Assembly (NCBI GenBank): GCA_004764695.1
Contig: SMSO01000037.1
Coordinates: 2,456,747-2,520,746, forward strand
Source of the DNA: Schizochytrium sp. TIO01
Taxonomy: Eukaryota > Protista > Bigyra: Labyrinthulomycetes
DNA length: 64,000 bases
Reading direction: 5' to 3'
Positions 47,728-60,099 of the stretch are shown in pieces (position 1 is the stretch's first letter; every line of letters starts with the position of its first letter). Below the pieces are notes generated by a model. It was not told where the DNA came from. It made no database searches and saw nothing but the letters and a program-made list of their open reading frames with translations. A program made the position numbers and the translations under genes.

Positions 47728-49431
47728 ATGAAGAGCTTTCTCGGCCTGGGCTCCAAGTCGCGCAAGTCTAAGGTGCCTGAGGCTACTGGCGACGACGTTC
47801 TTGTGCTCAATGTGGGCGGACATATCTTCATGACGACCAGAGCAACTCTGATGAATGCAGATGGGTCTAGATTAGAGCAAATGTTTATGGACCTTGAGGC
47901 CGAAGGCCGCCTTCAGCGGGACTCGCATGGCCGAGTTTTCATCGATCGCGATGGTTCCCAATTTGGCGTCATTCTCAACTACTTGCGCGACGGTGACGCT
48001 GACTTTCCTGACCCAGGTACCTTGGATTGGATCACCTTGCGTCGCGAAGTTGACTACTACGGTATCTTTAAGCTAGCGGATCGCATGGACGAAATTGACG
48101 CTGACCTCGCTGCAGAGCGCGTGGAAAATGGGGACCATCAGGAAGCCGTCGATGTGCCGCCCCCGACTGATGATATGACAGAGGAGGAGCGTGCTGAGCG
48201 TCGTGAACTTGAGCATATTGCTAAGATGCGTGCACAGCTTGACGCCCGCGCCAAGGAAATCGAAAGGCGTCTCGCAGATACCTCTGATGGTGACCTCGAT
48301 GAGCGTGCAAAGGACCTTCTTACCTTGGAGCTTCACAAGGTCCAACTAGAGGCTGAGCACAACAGCATTCGTGAGCGCGAACACGGACGTGAGCTGCGCT
48401 ACAACTTGCTTATTGTTGGCACCAGCGGTAGTGGTAAGAGTTCTAGTTTGAACACTCTTCTGGATGAGCAGGCTTGTGTTGTCAGTGGTGCTCAAGCTCA
48501 AGGTACCCGTGGCACTGTACTCCGCGATGCCAAACTCGACAAGGATCACTTCGTGTCTTACATTGATACTCAGGGTCTCGGTGCGGATACCAGTGTCTCT
48601 GACACTGATCTTTTGTCTCAGATTATGGTAGCTACAGAGAGTGTTTTGCAAATGGGAATTATTAACAACATTCTCATCAGTTTTGACGTCAACTCTCGCA
48701 CAACACCGGCTATGATGGCCAATCAGCTCACCTTGATGGAACTTTTCTCCGAGCTTCGTCGCTCCTGTTTCCTCGTCTTCACTAAATGGAACACCAATGC
48801 TGTTCAAGTAGAGTGGAACCAGCCCCTGCGCGAATGGGTTCGTCGCTGGAAACGCGCTGGATCCATTGAGGAGATCACTGAGGACCCGCCTACCTACGAA
48901 GATATGTACCGTGCCTTTTGCCAGTACGTAATTAGCGCTCTGGCTAACGAGATGGATGGTGGCGCATTTTCAAAGATGGGTACCTTTTTGGCCTTCTTTG
49001 AAGCCCGTATCCTCTTCATGTACAACCTTGATGGCATCCAGCTCGAGGACCGCGAGGAGGGTGTACTTGATCCTTATATCACCCGCCTTTACACCTTCTA
49101 CCGTGAAAAGGCTTTGGATACACTCGATCGCGGTTCTACTCGAATTGTTACAGAGGACCTTACCTTCCTTCGTGAAGACGAGGCCACCATGCGCTCTGTT
49201 GCAGCTCAACTCATTCGCAACCGTGATGAGAAGATCTACCAGCTCGATATGGTTGGTCGCGAGGCCCAGAAGCGCCGCGAAATGAAGCGTATCTTCAACA
49301 ACATGGCTGTTGAGCACTCCAACCGCATTCGTGACCATGATTTCCGCGCCCGTTCTTCGTACACCAACAAGATTGCAGTTCTTGCCGGTTTTGTACGCAC
49401 TGTTGCTACCGCTGGTTGCTCCATCATGTAG
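47728..49431 (+). CDS. KCTD/T1-type BTB domain + coiled coil + TRAFAC-class (AIG1/septin-like) P-loop GTPase with C-terminal CaaX box
   Basis: LNVGG..F.T.R.TL....S.L..MF...FIDRDG..F..ILNYLRDG...E++YYG (BTB_2). G1 GTSGSGKS, G2 T (QGTRG), G3 DTQG, G4-like TKWN. Ends CSIM-stop. First ATG at 47728. Confidence 0.9.
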   Translation: MKSFLGLGSKSRKSKVPEATGDDVLVLNVGGHIFMTTRATLMNADGSRLEQMFMDLEAEGRLQRDSHGRVFIDRDGSQFGVILNYLRDGDADFPDPGTLDWITLRREVDYYGIFKLADRMDEIDADLAAERVENGDHQEAVDVPPPTDDMTEEERAERRELEHIAKMRAQLDARAKEIERRLADTSDGDLDERAKDLLTLELHKVQLEAEHNSIREREHGRELRYNLLIVGTSGSGKSSSLNTLLDEQACVVSGAQAQGTRGTVLRDAKLDKDHFVSYIDTQGLGADTSVSDTDLLSQIMVATESVLQMGIINNILISFDVNSRTTPAMMANQLTLMELFSELRRSCFLVFTKWNTNAVQVEWNQPLREWVRRWKRAGSIEEITEDPPTYEDMYRAFCQYVISALANEMDGGAFSKMGTFLAFFEARILFMYNLDGIQLEDREEGVLDPYITRLYTFYREKALDTLDRGSTRIVTEDLTFLREDEATMRSVAAQLIRNRDEKIYQLDMVGREAQKRREMKRIFNNMAVEHSNRIRDHDFRARSSYTNKIAVLAGFVRTVATAGCSIM

Positions 49432-52107
49432 ACTCACCTGGTTGTTCCACGGTAGCCTGTTTACCTAAATTTCTCTTGTCCTCTCTCGCGTTCCCCTTCA
49501 TCACGCAACAAACATAAAGCAATCACTTCCGGTCCCTTATCCAAAAATGCTATGCGTCTGCTCTATGTTTTTTTATGCTGTGCCTTCTTTAGTTTGCGAC
49601 CCAATCATGGCTCGCGTTTTGACATAATGATAATGAATATGAAAATTGTTGACTTGGTCTTCACTTTTGTGTGCTTCTAAGAGCTAATAAGAAAAGTATG
49701 TCTTTTGGTTAAGGAACCATGTATTGCTTTTGCTCCTTTGGTAGTTTGCGACGCGCGTTTTCACAGATTGAATTTGAAACACTTGATGTAGTTCTCATTT
49801 CTGCCAGGAATGCAGTAAAAAGGTAGCAAAACAGTTTCTTCTCAGCACATCAATGAACTAGATCTCAAAAATAACTATCTTCTTTCGAGAAGGTTTATGC
49901 ATGGCTGGATACTTGTTAGACGCTGTTGGTTTTGTATTTGGGATTGGTCTTTTACAAGGTTATTTGATAAATGACACTTTCCTCCAACTCTTCCATCGCT
50001 TAAGCTTTGGGGAGCGCAGTTGAATATCAAGGTGTATCTCATGGTCACCCGTCGACACGAAACAGAAACCTTAATTCAAAATTAGACCATTTGCAGACAA
50101 CCATGATTGAAAGATCACAGATTTTTAAAACAGACAGGGAATTTCCAAGCAAGTATAAAGTTCTGGGGCCTGAATACAAACTAGTTTAACTTTCTGTTTA
50201 CAGCAGTGCTGTTGGTTTCTATTTTCAAATAAAGATGTGAATTTATAGTTCAATTAATCTCAAAGTTCAGGGATCAGTACAATGTCTTCAATTCTATTTT
50301 GAGTAAAAGCCTTCTTCGATTGGTGTCATTCAATGTTCGCTTTGGTTTCATCGAGACCGTCAAGCCACTGAGAAACACCACGTGCACGTGGTGTATCCCT
50401 CCTTCTAGTTTCGATAAATGCAAGAGCTGCTGCGACTGTCTCAGGCGTGTTTGGACGTCGTGTTTTGACACTTGGGAAGTATGCATTGTCTATAACATCG
50501 CAGGATAGCCTCACGTTGACTAAGCGCTTCACTCGTGCCATATCTTCCTTTGCAGAAATAGTTCGAAAGAAATGTTGTTGAGCACCAGATACATTATTCT
50601 CATTCTCCTTAGAATTTGGTGTTTTTGCATAGGAGTCTGATGCATGCAAGTCTTTGAGCAATGCTTGAGGGCATTCTCTGGATCTTTTCAGACCATCGCA
50701 CGCTGAGTTTCCCTTTAGCCCTTCGGTCATGCTGGAGCTTCAGTTTGTAGCCTTTGTTGCGAACGATTGGGCTGTCAATGCACAACTGGGCTTTAGATGA
50801 GTTATCAATAGCGAAGGTCTTCTTCTAAGATTCTACCGCAACGTATCGACTGCAGCGATGGCTATTTGGTGTATCGCCTATGCCTAGCTCCAACATGGTC
50901 TTGTCATTTATTATGCAAAATTGTACAACCATTGCTCTAGAAGACCCAGCCATTCAGCCATTCAGTCCTTCTGTATTGTAAGCATCTGATGGCAAGCGAT
51001 CCTAACTTTCTACTTACAGGAATTACTGATCGAAATGTCCGTTATCAATCATCGCTCTGATTATTTTACTACTTTTTATTTATTGTTTATGTTTTTTAAT
51101 TGAAAGATTAGAGGGAAGCAAGCGAAAGATTCAGGCCCTCTTTAGCACTTTTAAGTGAAAGTGTCGGTCAGTATATGGGCTTCTTTGCGTAGAATACTTT
51201 GTAATTGACGCAAGTGATTGTCGCAAGTGATGCACGAAGGTAATTCAAATATATTAATAATGTAGCAAGAGAAACAGATATTGGAAAATCTTTTGAAGCA
51301 ACTTTTTGATGTCATTGTAGAACCCTCTTCTCCAATCCGGTTTGTAACTAATACTTACTTCCGTATAACTTCGTCACACAAGAAGAGTTGTAATAGAAGT
51401 ACTTTTTTGACCTCGTGAGGTTTTCATCCCACGTTATTATTCTACTTCGCGTGAAATAGAAATATGTTCACGAAGATTAAAGAATGGTATGAGAAGGACT
51501 AATAAGAGATAATTAGTATCCGAATCCATCATTGATCGTCATAAATACCTGAAGGTTGTTCCTTTTTTAAAAAACTTTATTAAATATAAAATACACTGGC
51601 AATAATTAAATTAAAGCTTGAAAGTTTGTTTCGTTGATCAACATCGGGAATCAAGGGTAGGCAGCCAGTCGTCTAATACACACATGTGCGGTGAGCAAGA
51701 ATAAAAGAGGCTGGAGAACAAAAATCTAGCCGAGACAAAGAGGACCTGTTCATCAAAGCTGCAAGAAAAAAACAGAGGAAACATTAAAAGCTTAGTGAGG
51801 CCCAAAACACAAAGAGCAAGACTCATTCAATTATGAGTCGCAAATAAAAAGTAAAAGGAACGCACAAGAAAATGAGGATCAAAGATGAAAGAAAAAGAGG
51901 GGACCACTATAGGTTTAGTTTTGTTTGTTACGGAGTAGAGTTTTTGTCTTGTGTACAAATAAAATAAATGAGGAGCAGTCCTAGCTCGGTGGCCATGAGA
52001 GCCTACACATATGCGGTGGGCAAAGGAAACATTGTGCATATGCTGGAGGAACTTTCAGGCCTTTCGTGCTACATATGGCTGCTACCTACAAGAGGAGCCC
52101 CATCTAT

Positions 52108-54439
52108 TTATTCGACAACAGGGGTCGGCGGGGCAACGAGTCCATTCTCTTCAAGCCACTGAGGGTTGTAGATCTTGGAGAGGTACTTAGCACCGAGATC
52201 GCAGAGGACAGTCACGATGACCTCCGGCTCGGTGCTGGTCTCAGCAAGGCGCACAGCTGCTGCGACGTTGAGGCCTGACGAGCCGCCACCACATGCACCG
52301 GTGGTGCGAGCGAGCTTATGGCACATGTCAAAGGCCTCCTGATCGCCAATGCTGATAACGTCATCGACGACCGAGGTATCAAAGGAGCCTGGGATGTTTT
52401 GCTTACCGACGCCCTCGACGAGGAACTTGCCAGGCTCGGGACATGAGCCCGTGCGGAAGAAGCCAGCAAAAATGGAACCAATAGGGTCCGCAAGGACGGC
52501 GCGAATCTCTCCATTTTGCTCCTTAAGGAAGCGACCAGTGCCGGAGATGGTGCCACCAGTGGATCCACCGGCAACAAACGTTGTCACACGGCCCTTGGTC
52601 TGCTCAAAGATCTCGGGTCCAAGAGAAAAGTAGTACGCCTCGGCGTTCTCCTTGATATTGTACTGGTCGAAGTCGAAGTACTTCTCCGGCTCATCGCGTG
52701 CCAAATTGGCAGCCATGTTCATGTAAGATTGCGGATGGTCCTCACCGACTCCGTTCGGGGAGAGGCGGAGCTCTGCACCATATGCCTTGATGTTTTGCAT
52801 CTTTTCTAAGGAACACTTGGGTGAGGTGGTAATGATACACGGGTAGCCGCGCATAGCACACATCATCGCGCATGCAGCACCGGTGTTACCGCTTGAGGCA
52901 GGCGACAACTGTCATTCCGGGGCGAAGACGTCCGTCGCGTTCTGCCTTGTCAAGTACGTAGGCAACCATGCGGTCTTTCATTGAGAAGGAAGGGTTGAAG
53001 TACTCGACCTTTGCGTAGATGCGGGTTTCGGGGTGTCCGAGGTTCTCGCAAACGCTAGTGATCTCAATGAGCGGAGTGCTGCCCACGAGGTCCTTGTACA
53101 AACATGCGTCGCATGCCACGAGTTGGCGAGACGCCTTTGCGGTTGGGAACGAGCTGGAGTCCTCGGGGAGAAGGCCCTCGTCGGCGAGACGGAGCCGAGC
53201 TTCCGGGGTGACAGGGGGCACGCCGAGGGGGCGGCCGAGTGCGATTTCGGGGGAGCACTTAAGGCCGTTGCTTTCGAGCCACTCAGGGTTGTAGACCTTG
53301 CTGAGGTTCTTGGGGCCACAGTCTGGCATGACAGTGCAAATAATTGCGTCTTCCTCGCAGTTTGCAGCGAGCTCGAGAGCAGCGAAGACGTTAAGGCCAG
53401 CGGATCCACCAGCACAGATGCCCTCAGTGCGAGCAAGGGCGTGGCAGGTACTGAAAGCCTGCTCGTCTGTGACAGGGAAGACCTCATCGATGAGGTTCAT
53501 GTCCATAGCACCAGGGATGGAGCCCTTGCCGACACCCTCAACAAGGAACTTGCCGGGGGTACCAAGCTTGCCGGTCTTGAAGTAGTTGGTAAAGACGGAG
53601 CCAACAGGGTCTGCGAGAATGACCTTGACCTCAGGCTTGTGCTCCTTAAGGTAACGTCCAACTCCACTCACAGTGCCTCCGGTGCTGCCGGCAGCTACGA
53701 AATGTGTAATGCCGCCGCTGGTTTGCTCCATAAGCTCAGGGCCAAGAGTCTTAAAGTGACCGGCCGGGTTGGATTGAGTATCGTATTGGTCCACATCGAA
53801 GTACTTTTCGGGGTTCTTCTCAGCGAGGAGGCGGGCGATTTCCATGTAGTGGTCGGGTTCGCCTTCCTTGGCACCGTCGGGAGAAACAACAAGCTTTGCA
53901 CCGTAGGCACGAATTGCGTTCATCTTTTCGTCACTGCATTTGGGCGAGGTTGTGATAATGCAAGGGTATCCACGCATTGCGCAGACCATAGCACATGAGG
54001 CGCCTGTGTTGCCACTCGAGGCGGCGACGACGGTCATTCCAGGTTTTAATCGGCCATCAGCCTCGGCCTCGTCAAAGATGTTCATGACAATACGGTCCTT
54101 GATGGACAGGGAAGGGTTGAAGTATTCAACCTTGGCAAAAACACGGACGTTGGGGTTCTTGAACGAGCGTACGAGCTGCGTCAGCTCCACGAGGGGGGTG
54201 TCGCCCATGAAATCGGCGTAGGTCTCTGTGGGGAGAGCAGCGTTGGGCGTCTCGGTTTCGGGGCTGGAGTAGAGTCCATTTGCACGGTGCGAGGGGAGAT
54301 CGTACTCGGGCGAGCCAGCGCTTTTAAAGGTTGCCAGCTCAGGGTCCTGACGGCGGCGAACAGCCTTGGCCGCCTCGAGCTTGGAAGCCTGCTTGCGCAC
54401 AGGCTTCTGGCTCGACGTGCTGCGTTGTTGCACGTTCAT
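52108..54439 (-). CDS. Tandem double-domain cystathionine beta-synthase / cysteine synthase-like PLP enzyme with a 1-nt frameshift at about 52900-52902
   Basis: Two complete fold-type II PLP domains. Each has G.TPL, KVEYFNPS.S+KDR (PLP Lys), SSGNTG, DQY, GSTGGT+SG.G, FLVEGVGK..IPG and LSK+YN..WL. ORF 52886-54508 and ORF 52108-52908 join across GTC GCC T GCC TCA AGC GGT AAC. The likely start is the ATG at 54439. Confidence 0.92.
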
Positions 54440-55996
54440 TTTTTCTTCGCTTTCTTTTCCGTCGCAAATCACATGAAAGCAGAAGTTTGTGCGTGCAAAT
54501 TGCATCATTTTGACAATTTATTCGTCACCATTTGATTTGAAGACAACGGAAGCATGTATAGCATAGTCACAAAAACATTCAAGCAAAACGCAAAGTTAGT
54601 CCTTCTGTGTCTTTCATGATCATCATCTCTATGCACCCAGTCAACTTTTTAAAAAGTCAAACATTGCCCGAACACCCCTCCGGAATCGAACGAGCATTTG
54701 CATCCTTCTCCACGCCCTCCTTGACGTCCACCGCCGGCTCCATCTATATTATTGGCACAGTAACTACCTCTCATTGTTCCTAGTCCATTACATAGCCAGA
54801 GAGCAATATAAAGGAAATAAATGAGCGATAAAAACTCTCAATTTTGAATCACCCCAAAGGCAAGCCACTGCGGCGTCGCTCCCAGCAGCCCGTGCGTCTA
54901 GCGGACGGGCGCGCGGGGCAGTAGGCAAGCATGAGTCAGAGGCGGTCGGGGTCCCCATTCGTCCCAGGGCGGCGTCACAGGCAGAGGTTGGGCATGCATC
55001 TCGAGCTCGAGCTTTTGCGGCACTCACGAGTTTCGCTCTCAGCGTCGGTCACGCGAAGCGGGTTTGCTGCCTCTCGAAGTCGTGCTCTTTCTTTCTTTTC
55101 AGTTCCTACCATTTACGGTAGACACTCTTACTTTGAATAATTTGAAATAAAAAGAAAAAGCACCCCTTCTTTTTCTCGCTCTTTCTTTCCCTTTTCACTC
55201 TGCTTGATTCCCTCATTCCTTCGCTTCTCTTTTCACTTTCTCTCTCTCATTCTCTCCTTTAAAATGTAAATTTGTTTCTTGTTCGTCTGTAAAAGAAAAA
55301 ATACATTTTCAAAACTTCCGGTTCTCTCTGTCTCTTGCTTTTGTTCCCTTTGGTACTTCCTCCATCTTCTTCTTCTTCCCATCTTTCTTCTCCTTTCCTT
55401 TCAGTGACTCCAGGCCGCCGTGCGCCTGCTTGCGTTCGTATGGTTGTGTGCGGCGCAGAAACTTTCTCCAGCTCTGATGGCACGCCACGCTGCTTTCTGT
55501 TTCTTTATTCGCTTCTTTCTTTCTCGTTTATTCTTTCATTCATTCTTTCATTCTTTCTTTCATTCTTGGATAGAGATGACCCCTGAATTGCTGTTATTAT
55601 CCATCCCGAGGCTCGTGCTACGCGAAGAAAACGGCAGCGAGCGTGAGGAAGCGAGCAAGAACAGAGCCTTCCACGCCCGAGAGACCCCAAGCGTGAACCA
55701 TTGGGAGCGTCTGTGCCAGTTTAGAAGGGCGGCTTCGCCTCCGCTCCAGTTCTTTCACTTCTTCTTGGGAGGCAGCGAGGTGCGAGAGAAGAGTAATTCC
55801 TTCGTGCTCACTAATATCTCTTGATCAGCGATCGACTTGATCAGAGGGAACAGACACACAGAGACATAGAGAGAGATAGAGGGCAGAATCAGTAGGAGGT
55901 TTCTTTCACGTGAGTGAGTATAAGTGAACATGAGTGAATGAATATGAGTGAGTAAGTGCGCGTGGAGGAGGGCCGCAGAGCCTCGACGTTCCTTGA

Positions 55997-56076
55997 ACCA
56001 ATCCACTGATCAATCCATCGGTCGATCGATCAATTAATTAATCAATCAATCGATCAATCAATCAATCAATCAATCA
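55997..56076. repeat. Compound tetranucleotide microsatellite ATCC/ATCG/ATTA/ATCA
   Basis: 20 in-phase 4-nt units, read directly. Confidence 0.88.
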
Positions 56077-56093
56077 AGATAGATCTTCAAATG

Positions 56094-56277
56094 GTAAGCA
56101 CATCGCTAGCTACTTTATTTGAGCAAACTCAGGTTCATCTCAACAAGTGCAAGTGCTTTGGGAAAAAAGTACGTAAGAAAGAGCTAACTCGCTCACTCAC
56201 TCACTCACTCACTCACTACTCACTCCTTCCTTCTTGCTTTCTTTCTTTCTCTCTACCCTTTCTCTCTTCTCTCTCAG
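56094..56277 (+). other. Candidate spliceosomal intron of a non-coding transcript
   Basis: ATG|GTAAGC donor, GCTAAC branch-like motif at about 56183, a pyrimidine tract of about 50 nt, and a CAG acceptor at 56275-56277. The flanking sequence has no long ORF. Confidence 0.45.
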
Positions 56278-57690
56278 TGATGGATGTTCCTCCTTAATTC
56301 TTCAACGATTCGCCGCTCCATGATTGGCCTCCCAAGTCTGGTGATTACACACCGCCTCCTTGGACTTCCCTAATCCCAGCAGCTAACCTTAGTTTGCATT
56401 AACCTCCAACACCATCGCTTTTAGATGCAATTCAACGCAAAATGTAATTCTTCGCTCCATCGCTTCATCGTCTCTCATTGACGCTGCAAGGGCGCCCGTG
56501 GCCCATGTGCTTCACTCAGGGCGACCGGCCGGCACCTCTCTTCGCAGCGAGCAGAACCGCCCAAGGCAGCCGCCAGCAGCAGCAGTCAGTCAGTTGGACC
56601 CCGAGACGAGAATAACGCAATTTCAACATTTTGGTCTCCATTCCACATTTCCATCGGCAGGCTGGCTACTGGCAGATAGCTAAGCTAGCTGTAGCTTAAA
56701 GCGTGGCTCCATAGTCCATAGACAGTGGATAGAGAGATAGATCCATGAGCAAAGACGGCTTCTTCCTCAAAGCTATCGCTGGCAAAGCTTGCGCTACCTG
56801 TCTAAGCATGAGTTGAAGGACACGAGCTCTTCGCTTCAAGAAAATGGTCGAATCTCCTCGCGTCTCTGGGAACGAGGGTCCCAATTTGCAGGCAATTTGC
56901 AGTTATTAATTGCATCAATCGAATCCCTGCTGAAGAAACGCACACGAACAGTATGGACCAACAGCCAAACAAATGCGATGTGATCATAAATGGATGCGTG
57001 GCCATCTTTCGTTTCTTTCCCTGGGATGAGACATTTCTTACGGCTGCCAGGCTCTGCAGAACGAGACTGCGATGAGGAGTCGGTCTTTGGTGCGTGTGGA
57101 GTCTCCGCGAGTGAGCGGGACTGCAGGCAGGCAGGCAGACAGACTGACAGACTGACAGACAGACTGACCTCACTAGACGCAGCACGCACGCCTCCCTTTC
57201 ATTCGCATCGTCCTGTCTGTTGACTTGGTCGATTGATTTACCAACCGCTGTGGCCACTTCTCGCGACGGGGTGCATGGCAAATAAATCCAAGCGCAGCGA
57301 ACTCCAAGATCTCCATCCTTGCGTGTTCTTTTCCACGCCGCCCATCAGCGAGGAGGTCTAGTTGCTCTTGTTGGTCACGTGCGGTGCCTTGACGGCCTCT
57401 GTCCGAGTAAGCAACACGCACGCACTCACTCGCGAGCTCTGCTCTGCTCTGCGTCCTGTCCTCGTTTCTCGCATTCCGCAATTCATTCCTTGAGATCCCG
57501 AAGTCCAGGCCACCGATTTCGTAGACAGCCAATGTGGAACGCCGCCAGAGCCTGCAAAATGTGCGAAGTTGAGTAAACTCGGGCCAAAGAAACCTCGTCT
57601 CTGAGAACACGAACTCTGAGCATAGATGACAGACAGCATCATTCCTTAGCGCGTGCACCTCCGTGACTACTTCTGGCTCCCGGGTCTTGC

Positions 57691-57737
57691 GAAGAAGAAG
57701 AAGAAGAAGAAGAAGAAGACGAAGAAGACGAAGAAGA
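57691..57737. repeat. (GAA)n/(GAC) microsatellite
   Basis: Read directly. Confidence 0.92.
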
Positions 57738-60099
57738 CCTCAACCAGCAGAAAGAACACGAAATTAAAAGGCCCACCACCCGCGGCCTTCGAGCTAGTTT
57801 CCAAAGATTTTGGCACCCTGGGCTCGCTCAGCTGGCTTAGGCAGAAGCTAAAGCCGGCTGCAAAAGACAGCAGCAGACAGCAGCAGCAGCAGCCCTGCTC
57901 GAGTCCTCGTGGTCGGTGTTCTTCACCCTGTTCTCGCCACGAAAGAAGTCGTAGCATTCATTCATTCATTCATTCATTCCATCACAACAACTTGACACTC
58001 CCATAATTCTGTGCCGCCCGTCGTGAACGAGTCTTGTAATTCCAGCCACGCGCCAGCTTCCTTTCTCTTTGTTTCTCTTTGTTTGTTTGAATGAAAGAAA
58101 GAAGAAACAGTTCTGTCAAACATTCATTCGTCTCATGGCCACCTGCGGCAGCAGATCTTGGTGCCCAAGCTAGCGAAGAAGAAGCAGCGCAAGCCAAAAG
58201 AAACTTCTTCGACCGGGGCTTGCCTAGGGGTGCTTGCGAGGCCTCCTCAACGGCCCAGCGTACGTTGGAAACGCGGGCGTCCCGCCTGCCGGCCCTTGAA
58301 AGACGGCCCACCTATGAAATTATGTGCCTCGATTCCACAGCGAAGGACTCCTTTCATAAAGAAAGAAAGAAAGAAAGAAAGAAAGAAACAGTTAAAGCGA
58401 CAACGGGCACGGGCCCCCTCTTTTGACGCTCCATCTTCTCCTCTAATTTTAAAGTGCGAAGAACTGAAAGATGCTAGGGGTTACTGGTCGACTCCTACAC
58501 CTTCACTTCGTAAGATCGGTTCCTTTTTCTTTTCTCGCTTTTTACATCTTGCTTGCTGATTCCTTCGCTGCCGTGGGGCTGTTGCTCCTTCTACTTCAAC
58601 GCATGGGATGACTGCGAAGAGACATCATAGGCTTCTAATTCGTACACCTCACCAATCATCACAGCTACCGGGTTGAAGAACTCAGTAAAGAACTCGATGT
58701 AGCAGAATAATTCTTGAGAGGTACCTACACTACTATGAAGGAGTAACAACAAATTAGAGATCTCGAGATCTCGCCACAGAACTGGTCCTTGAGGACCCCT
58801 CCTCCAGTCATGCTCAAGAGCTCAGTATTTACTCTTGCGGCAGCAGGCAGCAGCAATGAAGTAGTAAAGGAGTAAGTTAACGAGTGTTGCAGCAACAGCA
58901 GCACACGCGAGAAGGGGAGCATCAGCAGACAACCTTTAGAAAAGTGAACCTCCAGGGCATCACCACCAGATTCTTCCTCCGCTTCACTTCAATGGTTCTT
59001 ATCGAGCACACGTGACCATTCATCAGTACGATCGGCCTCTCTTTCCTTCACTCATCCCAGCACACTAACTACCCTATCGCCTTTTTGTTAAACAAAACTT
59101 ATTTCTTCTCTTTTTTTCGTTTCTTTGTGAGTCTCCAAATTTACCAAAAAGGAATTTTGAATACAACACAACAACAAAGAGCAAACAAATGGAAACCTCG
59201 CTACCTACTCCCTCCATACATTCGTACGTACATGTCCTTCCATCGGCAAACAAAGTTCGACTGACCTGTTGTGATGATGAAATTCCAAACGAGTGTAGCT
59301 GCTTTTCACAACTAGGTAGGCAGGTAGGTAGAGGCTACTTATTTACTTTTGGGGTCACCAGCTTTGGTAAAATACAGCGAACACCTTAAGTCACTATCCC
59401 TCCTAAGTAGCCCTACCATAACCGATAGCGTTCTTTCTCTCTCTGCTGTTCTGTTCCTGGCCATGAGCCAATCAATCAATGTCCAGGTAGCTTGCCGCGA
59501 ATCTCGTTCCATCTATGAGACGCAGCGACACTGAGAGAGCTCGGCCAGGGACAAATGGTGGCAGCGCGAATGAAATGAATGCTCGGCTCCATCCACCCAT
59601 GGCCACTGGTTGGGCTCTGGTACGTAGTGCGTGAGCGAGTGCATGATGGAAAGAAACCTCATGCCGCAAAACGAGAACTTTAGCGCGAGAAAAACTCCGA
59701 GGAGACTCACAAATTGAAGGAAGAAGAGGCGGGCGGAGAAGAAGAGAACAAAGAGAACGAGAAAAAGAGCAGAAAGGACAAGAAGGAAGGACGGCAGAGA
59801 ACACTCGTTGCAAAGTTCAGGTACCTGGCTAGAGGTAGCATAGCGAGCGATGCTTCCACTATCGTACACACTGCAGCAGCCCGGCGGCCAGCCCTGATCT
59901 CCCCTTCCCTTTCCCTGCCTACCGCGTCTCCACGGCCGGCCCTCAGCAGTCTTGTGCATTCATTTCTCCGCCACCGCTCCGAGCTCGCTGGCCAATGCTT
60001 TCAAAGATCGGGATCCTGAACCATCCACACAACCTTAAGAGCTCGTCGCCCTTTTTCTCTCGCCACGGGTACCCGCACGTACGGGCCGCCATCTTGGAG

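Noticed and set aside
20136-52902. Euplotes-style genome-wide +1 frameshifting or a non-standard genetic code
   Set aside because: Neither shift site has a stop codon directly at the slip position, the other genes are uninterrupted, and TAA, TAG and TGA all terminate well-supported genes.
53033-53998. 321-aa plus-strand ORF and other long antisense ORFs (11837-12574, 16894-17496, 21914-22387)
   Set aside because: Shadow ORFs opposite strongly codon-biased real genes.
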